Below are positions 58,436-64,000 of a stretch of 64,000 nt of DNA, in pieces. Both the position numbers and the translations under genes were made by a program. This stretch comes from Mycobacterium sp. (GTDB lineage Bacteria > Actinomycetota > Actinomycetes > Mycobacteriales > Mycobacteriaceae): assembly GCA_046095365.1 (NCBI GenBank), contig JBJTJF010000077.1; one strand, written 5' to 3'. Positions within the stretch are counted from its first letter, which is position 1. The number at the start of each line of letters is the position of its first letter. The notes beneath the pieces were generated by a model. It ran no database searches. It had not been told where the DNA came from and saw only the letters and a list, made by a program, of their open reading frames with translations.

Positions 58436-59757
58436 GCGCGCACACCTCTCCGCATCGTCCACCGACGCCCGGGACGGCGGGCGGTGAGGCCCCTGTGGTG
58501 GGTGCGGCCGTAGTCGACGATGGCCCGGCCGTAGCCGGCCAGCAACCCGTCCACCGTGTGGTCCCAGGAGAATCCGCGGGCATGCGCGCGTGCAGCCGCG
58601 CTCAGGGCGGCGGTGTCGGAGTCGAGCACCGCGCTGATCGCCTCGGCCCACCGATGCGGCTGGTGGCCGTCGACCAGGGCGCCGCTGCGGCCGTCGGCGA
58701 CGGCCACCGGCAGACCGCCGACCGCCGCCGCGATAACGGGGGTCCCGCAGGCCTGTGCCTCCACCGCGACCAGGCCGAAGGACTCCGAGTAGCTGGGCAC
58801 CGCAACCAGGTCGGCGGCCCGGTAGAGGTCGACCAATCGCTCACGCGGCTGGGGCGGCAGGAACGTCACCCGATCGGCGATGCCGAGGCCGACGGCCAGC
58901 CTGGCCAGGCCGTCCGGCGCGGCCAGCCCCGTTCCCGACGCCCCGCCGGCGATGACCACCCGGACGTCCCGGTCAGGGGGCAGCAGTGCCGCCGCGCGCA
59001 ACAGCACGTCGGGCGCCTTCAGCGGCTGGATGCGGCCGACGAAGGCCACGATCGGCTGGTCGGCCGGGAGTCCGAGCGCGGCCCGGGCCGCAGCCCGATC
59101 CCCCGGGCTGAACATCTGCAGGTCCACCCCGGGGTGCACCACGTCGATCCTTGACGGGTCGGCGTTGTGCAACGAAACCAGCTGGTGCGCTTCGGATTCG
59201 GTGTTGACGATCAGTCTGTCGGCCTCGTCGACCACCTGCTGCTCGCCGACCGAGCGCAAGGGAGGTTCCGGTGAGTCTCCGTCGGCCAGCGCGGCGTTCT
59301 TCACCGCGGCCAGGGTGTGGGCGGTGTGAACCAGCGGGACCGCCCACCGTTCCCGGGCAAGCCAGCCCACCTGACCGGAGAGCCAGTAGTGCGAATGCAC
59401 GATGTCGTAGTGGCCGGGGTCGTGGGTGGCCTCGGCCCGCAGCACCCCGGCGGTGAACGCACACAGCTGGGTGGGCAGGTCGTACTTGTCGAGGCCCTCG
59501 AACGGGCCGGCCACCACGTTGCGCACCTGCACCCCGGGCGCCACCCGGACCACCGGCGGGTCGGCCGAGGAGGTCGCCCGGGTGAAGATCTCGACGTCCA
59601 CACCCCGTGCCGCCATGTGCAGTGCGGTCTGCAGCACGTAGACATTCATGCCCCCGGCGTCGCCGGTACCGGGCTGGGCCAGCGGCGAGGTGTGCACCGA
59701 CAGCACCGCAACGCGCTGAGGCAGCAAACCGTCGGTCAGATCCCGCAGTTGCCGCAC
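58432..59757 (-). CDS. mshA: D-inositol-3-phosphate glycosyltransferase
   Basis: [48 protein letters not shown]. Start GTG 59757 (CATGAT -10 6 nt upstream) or 59772. Confidence 0.97.
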   Translation of the reverse strand: MRQLRDLTDGLLPQRVAVLSVHTSPLAQPGTGDAGGMNVYVLQTALHMAARGVDVEIFTRATSSADPPVVRVAPGVQVRNVVAGPFEGLDKYDLPTQLCAFTAGVLRAEATHDPGHYDIVHSHYWLSGQVGWLARERWAVPLVHTAHTLAAVKNAALADGDSPEPPLRSVGEQQVVDEADRLIVNTESEAHQLVSLHNADPSRIDVVHPGVDLQMFSPGDRAAARAALGLPADQPIVAFVGRIQPLKAPDVLLRAAALLPPDRDVRVVIAGGASGTGLAAPDGLARLAVGLGIADRVTFLPPQPRERLVDLYRAADLVAVPSYSESFGLVAVEAQACGTPVIAAAVGGLPVAVADGRSGALVDGHQPHRWAEAISAVLDSDTAALSAAARAHARGFSWDHTVDGLLAGYGRAIVDYGRTHHRGLTARRPGRRWTMRRGVRA

Positions 59758-59849
59758 CAGACCATCATGCACGAAAGCCGGACAGGGTGGTCAGGCGGTG
59801 AGCGCGGCCACAGCCGGACCGGCCTGCCCGGCTGGATAGAGTCGAGCCG

Positions 59850-60602
59850 ATGACAGCACATCCCAGCGCGCACACGCCGGTCGCCGTGGTGACCGGCGCC
59901 AGCTCGGGCATCGGGGAGGCGACCGCGCGCACCCTCGCCGCCCTCGGCTACCACGTCGTCGCGGTGGCCCGCCGCGCCGATCGCCTTGCCCGCCTGGCCG
60001 GGGAGATCGGCGGCACGGCGGTGGCCGCCGACGTCACCGACGACGCCGCCGTCCGGTCGCTGGCCGATCGGCTGGATCGGGTCGACGTTCTCGTCAACAA
60101 CGCCGGCGGAGCCCGGGGCCTGCAGCCGGTGGCCGAAGCGGATTTCGACGACTGGCGCTGGATGTGGGAGACCAACGTGATGGGAACGCTGCGGGTCACC
60201 CGGGCGCTGCTTCCCGCCCTGATCGCCTCCGGTGACGGTCTGATCGTCACCGTCACCTCGATCGCCGCACTGGAGGTCTACGACGGCGGCGCCGGATACA
60301 CCGCGGCCAAGCACGCCCAGGGTGCGCTGCACCGCACCCTGCGCGGCGAGCTGCTGGGAAAGCCGGTGCGGCTCACCGAGATAGCACCCGGGGCCGTGCA
60401 GACGGAGTTCTCCCTGGTTCGCTTCGGCGGCGACGCGCAGCGCGCCGAGGCCGTCTACGCCGGAATCACGCCGTTGACCGCCGAGGACGTAGCCGGGGTG
60501 ATCGGATTCGTCGCCTCCCGGCCGTCACACGTCAACATCGACCAGGTCGTGATCCGCCCGCGCGACCAGGCCAGCGCCAGCCGGTTCAACCGACGGCTCT
60601 AG
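59850..60602 (+). CDS. SDR oxidoreductase (Rv0484c-like)
   Basis: TGASSGIG, NNAGG, YTAAK, PGAVQTEF, PSHVNID. Confidence 0.92.
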   Translation: MTAHPSAHTPVAVVTGASSGIGEATARTLAALGYHVVAVARRADRLARLAGEIGGTAVAADVTDDAAVRSLADRLDRVDVLVNNAGGARGLQPVAEADFDDWRWMWETNVMGTLRVTRALLPALIASGDGLIVTVTSIAALEVYDGGAGYTAAKHAQGALHRTLRGELLGKPVRLTEIAPGAVQTEFSLVRFGGDAQRAEAVYAGITPLTAEDVAGVIGFVASRPSHVNIDQVVIRPRDQASASRFNRRL

Positions 60603-60618
60603 CCCGGCGCAGACCGGA

Positions 60619-61677
60619 TCACAGCGTGCAGCCCACCAGTACCGGCTCGGGAACAAGGGTCACGCCGAAAGCCTCACGAACCCCGTCCCGCACAGTGCGG
60701 GCCAGTTGCAGCACGTCGGCACTGGCCGACCCGCCCCGGTTGGTCAGCGCGAGCGCGTGCTTGGTGGACAGCCGGCAAGGACCAGTGCCCGGGTAACCCT
60801 TGCCGAAGCCGGCCTGCTCGACCAGCCAGCCCGCCGCGAGCTTGACACCGCCGTCCGCCGGGTAGTGCGGAACAGGCACCCGGGAGACCTCCCGCAGCCG
60901 CTCATAGAGCCCGACCGGAACCACCGGATTGGTGAAAAACGAACCGACACTCCAGGTGTCGTGGTCGCCGGCGTCCAGAACCATCCCCTTGGCCGCGCGC
61001 AGCGCCAGCACCGCCGAACGCACCCGCGCCGGATCCGTCCGCTCCCCCGCCGCGATGCCGAGGGCCGCGGCCAGTTCGGCGTAGCGCACCGGCGCCGAAC
61101 GCCCGGCCGGGTCGAGTGCGAACTCGACCTCGAGGACGATGGCCGCTGTGGAGTTCTTGAGCACGCTGTGCCGGTAGCCGAACCCCAGTTCCGCGGCGGG
61201 AACCCAGTTCACCTCGCCGGTGCGGCGATCCAACAGCCGGACCCGGGTCAGGACGTCGGACACCTCGACACCGTAGGCGCCGACGTTCTGGACCGGGGTG
61301 GCCCCGGCCGAGCCGGGTATTCCCGAAAGACATTCCAGCCCACCGAGACCGGCCCCCACCGCCGCCGCGACCACTGAGTCCCAGTCCGCGCCCGCCTCGG
61401 CCCGCATCAGCGGCGCTTCGACGGTGATCGCGGCACTGGCCAGTCGAACGACGGTGAGATCGGTCAACTCATCCGCGACGACCACGTTGGAACCACCGCC
61501 GAGCACCAGAACGGGATCATCGGCCGGGGTGAGCGCGCGCAGGGTGGCCACGATCTGGCCGGTGCCGGCACACGTGATCATCCGGCGCACGACCGGACCG
61601 ACCCGCAGGGTGGTGAGCGACGCCAAAGGCACGTTCTCGGTGACCTGCGCTCCCCCGTAGTCCTGGGCTGTGTGCAT
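60619..61677 (-). CDS. murB: UDP-N-acetylmuramate dehydrogenase
   Basis: [52 protein letters not shown]. Confidence 0.97.
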   Translation of the reverse strand: MHTAQDYGGAQVTENVPLASLTTLRVGPVVRRMITCAGTGQIVATLRALTPADDPVLVLGGGSNVVVADELTDLTVVRLASAAITVEAPLMRAEAGADWDSVVAAAVGAGLGGLECLSGIPGSAGATPVQNVGAYGVEVSDVLTRVRLLDRRTGEVNWVPAAELGFGYRHSVLKNSTAAIVLEVEFALDPAGRSAPVRYAELAAALGIAAGERTDPARVRSAVLALRAAKGMVLDAGDHDTWSVGSFFTNPVVPVGLYERLREVSRVPVPHYPADGGVKLAAGWLVEQAGFGKGYPGTGPCRLSTKHALALTNRGGSASADVLQLARTVRDGVREAFGVTLVPEPVLVGCTL

Positions 61678-61758
61678 TTCGCGAGTCGCTCCGCTCCGCC
61701 CTGTGGCCGTATCCCGAGACGCTTCGGCTTTCGCCCGCTAACGGTAGCCTCACCAGCT

Positions 61759-62268
61759 ATGCCGCGTTCGTTCGACATGGCCACCGACTACGCCGGCACG
61801 GTGCAGCAGGTGCATGACGCTCTCCGCGACAAGCAGTACTGGCTGGCCCGGCTGGCCGCCTCGGGCGCCGACGAATGGACGCTGGACGATTTCCAGGCCG
61901 GGCACGACGGCGGTGTGGACGTTGTGACCACCCAGGTGCTGCGGGCCGAGCGTCTGCCCGGCATCATCCATCAGTTCCACCACGGCGATCTGGAGATCCG
62001 GCGGGCCGAGACCTGGACCGCGCTGTTCGACGGAGCCGCGGAGGCCGCGGTCGCCAGTTCGATCGTGCGGGCCCCGGTCGCCCTGGACGGTCAGGCCCGG
62101 CTCACCGGCGAGGGCAGCGGGTCCCGGCTGGCCTTCAGCGCCACCGTCGACGTCCGCATCCCGCTGGTGGGCGGCAAGATGGAGAAGTTCATCGCCAATC
62201 AGTTGATCCACCTGCTCAACGACGAGCAGAGGTTCACCTCCGAGTGGATCACCGGCACGCGCCGGTAG
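61759..62268 (+). CDS. DUF2505 protein (Rv0481c-like)
   Basis: MPRSFDM, YWLARL, VRIPLVGGKMEK. Confidence 0.9.
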   Translation: MPRSFDMATDYAGTVQQVHDALRDKQYWLARLAASGADEWTLDDFQAGHDGGVDVVTTQVLRAERLPGIIHQFHHGDLEIRRAETWTALFDGAAEAAVASSIVRAPVALDGQARLTGEGSGSRLAFSATVDVRIPLVGGKMEKFIANQLIHLLNDEQRFTSEWITGTRR

Positions 62269-62277
62269 TTTGGACCC

Positions 62278-62790
62278 GTGCCCCGCAGCATGGTGTTCGA
62301 CATCGACGTCGACGTGGCCGCAGCCGACATGTATCGCGACTTCACCACCATCAGCTATTGGGAGGATCTGGTCGTCTTCTACCGAGAGCACATGGGGTCG
62401 CGTACCGAGATCGCCCACTTCTCCACAGACGCCGACGGCACCGACGTCTCCTTCTCTCACATCCTGTCCGCCAAGGACTTCCCGGCCATCGTCGGCAAGG
62501 TGGTGCCGGGCACCTTCGTCGTCACCCGGGAACAGCACTTCGAGCCGTTCGACGCCGGCGCCAACCAGGTGACCGGCCGTTACCGCGCGCTCGTACCGGC
62601 GCCGGTCGAGGTGACCGGTGATTACCTTTTGCACGACACCGACCGCGGCAGCCGGATGAGGCTGCAAAGCACCTGCCGCGCCCGGGTTCCGCTGCTCGGC
62701 GGGCAGATCGAGCAGCTGATGGTCAGCGGGCTGAAGGTGCTGTTCACCGAGGAGGGCAAGTTCACCGCCGAATGGCTCAACCGCCATTAG
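62278..62790 (+). CDS. DUF2505 protein, paralog
   Basis: Similar N-terminus PRSM and C-terminus RVPLLGGQIE. Confidence 0.85.
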   Translation: MPRSMVFDIDVDVAAADMYRDFTTISYWEDLVVFYREHMGSRTEIAHFSTDADGTDVSFSHILSAKDFPAIVGKVVPGTFVVTREQHFEPFDAGANQVTGRYRALVPAPVEVTGDYLLHDTDRGSRMRLQSTCRARVPLLGGQIEQLMVSGLKVLFTEEGKFTAEWLNRH

Positions 62791-62809
62791 GCCGTCACGA
62801 CCGGTCGGC

Positions 62810-63598
62810 ATGCCGACCCGGGGAACCACCGGCGCAGCCGGTTGGCGCCGGGCCGACCGCTGGCTCACACGCTCTCCGCGGGTTCTGGCTGCGCTGAGCG
62901 CGGCTGATGCGCCGGTCGCCGTCGACCTCGGCTACGGTCGCTCGCCGGTCACGACGGTGGAGTTGGCATCCAGGCTGCGCACGGTGTGTCCCGGCGTCCG
63001 GGTGGTCGGTGTGGAGATCGACCCGGAACGGGTCGCCACCGGCCGGGCCACCGCCGGCGATGTGGAATTCCGCATCGGCGGGTTCGAACTCGCGGGCCTG
63101 CGCCCCAATCTGGTCCGCGCCTTCAACGTGCTTCGCCAGTATCCCGAGGACGCCGTCGCGGCCGCGTGGCACGACATGCGGTCCAGACTGGCTCCCGGCG
63201 GCGTGCTGATAGAAGGCACCTGCGACGAACTAGGCCGGCACTGCTGCTGGGTTCTGCTGAACCGCGACGGACCGGTGAGCCTGACTCTGGCGTGTGATGC
63301 CCGGGCAATCGAGCGGCCTTCGGATCTGGCCGAGCGCCTGCCGAAAGCGCTTATCCACCAGAATGTTCCGGGCCAGCCGATTCACGCCCTGCTCGACGCG
63401 GCCGACCGTGCCTGGGCGGCGGCGGCCGGGCAGTCGGTGTTCGGTCCGAGAGCGCGATGGCGGGCGATGCTGGCCGGGTTGCGCTCCGCCGGGGTGCCTA
63501 TCGAGGCCCAGCGGCGCAACCCCCGCGACGCGGTGCTGACCGTCCCCTGGCAGACGGTGGCTCCGCGGTCCGACTCCACGGGTGCACCGCTACCCTGA
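62810..63598 (+). CDS. Class I SAM-dependent methyltransferase-like protein
   Basis: PTRGTT, VDLGYG, VGVEID, GGFE, RAFNVLRQY, EGTCDELGR. Confidence 0.85.
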   Translation: MPTRGTTGAAGWRRADRWLTRSPRVLAALSAADAPVAVDLGYGRSPVTTVELASRLRTVCPGVRVVGVEIDPERVATGRATAGDVEFRIGGFELAGLRPNLVRAFNVLRQYPEDAVAAAWHDMRSRLAPGGVLIEGTCDELGRHCCWVLLNRDGPVSLTLACDARAIERPSDLAERLPKALIHQNVPGQPIHALLDAADRAWAAAAGQSVFGPRARWRAMLAGLRSAGVPIEAQRRNPRDAVLTVPWQTVAPRSDSTGAPLP

Positions 63599-63602
63599 CG
63601 CC

Positions 63603-64000
63603 ATGCGGATCGCTCTGGCGCAGATCCTGTCCGACACCGACCCGGCCGCCAATCTGGCGACCGTCGCCGATTACACCCGGCGAGCCGCCGAGTCCGGCGC
63701 GCGACTGGTGGTGTTCCCGGAGGCGACCATGTGCCGGTTCGGCGTTCCGCTCGCCCCGATCGCCGAGCCGATCGACGGACCGTGGGCCGACGCGGTGCGC
63801 AGGATCGCCGCCGACGCCGGAATCTCGGTGATCGCCGGGATGTTCACCCCCGCCCCGGACGGGCGGGTGACCAACACGCTGTTGGCCACCGGCGCCGGCG
63901 TAGAGGCCCGCTACGACAAGATCCACCTCTACGACGCGTTCGGCTTCACCGAATCGGAGACCATCGCACCCGGCGACGAACCGGTGGTCGTCGAGGTCGA
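63603..64000 (+). CDS. Carbon-nitrogen hydrolase (Rv0480c-like), runs off window
   Basis: MRIALAQI, LVVFPEATM, NTLL, YDKIHLYDAFGFTES. Confidence 0.93.
   Translation, partial: MRIALAQILSDTDPAANLATVADYTRRAAESGARLVVFPEATMCRFGVPLAPIAEPIDGPWADAVRRIAADAGISVIAGMFTPAPDGRVTNTLLATGAGVEARYDKIHLYDAFGFTESETIAPGDEPVVVEV

Overview
A 64-kb core-chromosome segment from a high-GC Mycobacterium/Mycolicibacterium, probably a rapid grower (inference). It is collinear in reverse with the M. tuberculosis H37Rv block Rv0558 to Rv0480c as I recall that gene order. Core genes: menaquinone synthesis (menG partial, menD, menC, menB, menE, menA), the cytochrome c maturation operon (hemL-Rv0525-TlpA-ccdA-resB-ccsA), haem synthesis (hemA, hemC, hemD, hemB), bS22, proC, ppx, senX3-regX3, gpmA, mshA and murB. 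I found no rRNA, tRNA, CRISPR, IS element or phage. Departures from the usual layout: (1) a foreign-looking GT-A-fold, DUF6734-like gene inserted between hemA and hemC and overlapping both neighbours; (2) a feoA-feoB-NifU-like operon with an IdeR-like box over its promoter; (3) an inverted Pit phosphate-transporter operon preceded by 11-bp GTTCA repeats like those upstream of senX3; (4) tandem duplications of stop/start junctions that create chains of coupled mini-ORFs (menD/Rv0556-like and resB/ccsA); (5) a YtcJ-type amidohydrolase coupled to a COG0523 metallochaperone; (6) an OmpR/sensor pair with a candidate autoregulatory repeat; (7) several normally syntenic genes absent from this locus (ldtC/lprQ, ROK regulator Rv0485, mgtA, Rv0530, pnp). 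Product calls rest on motif recognition and remembered synteny; no database search was run.
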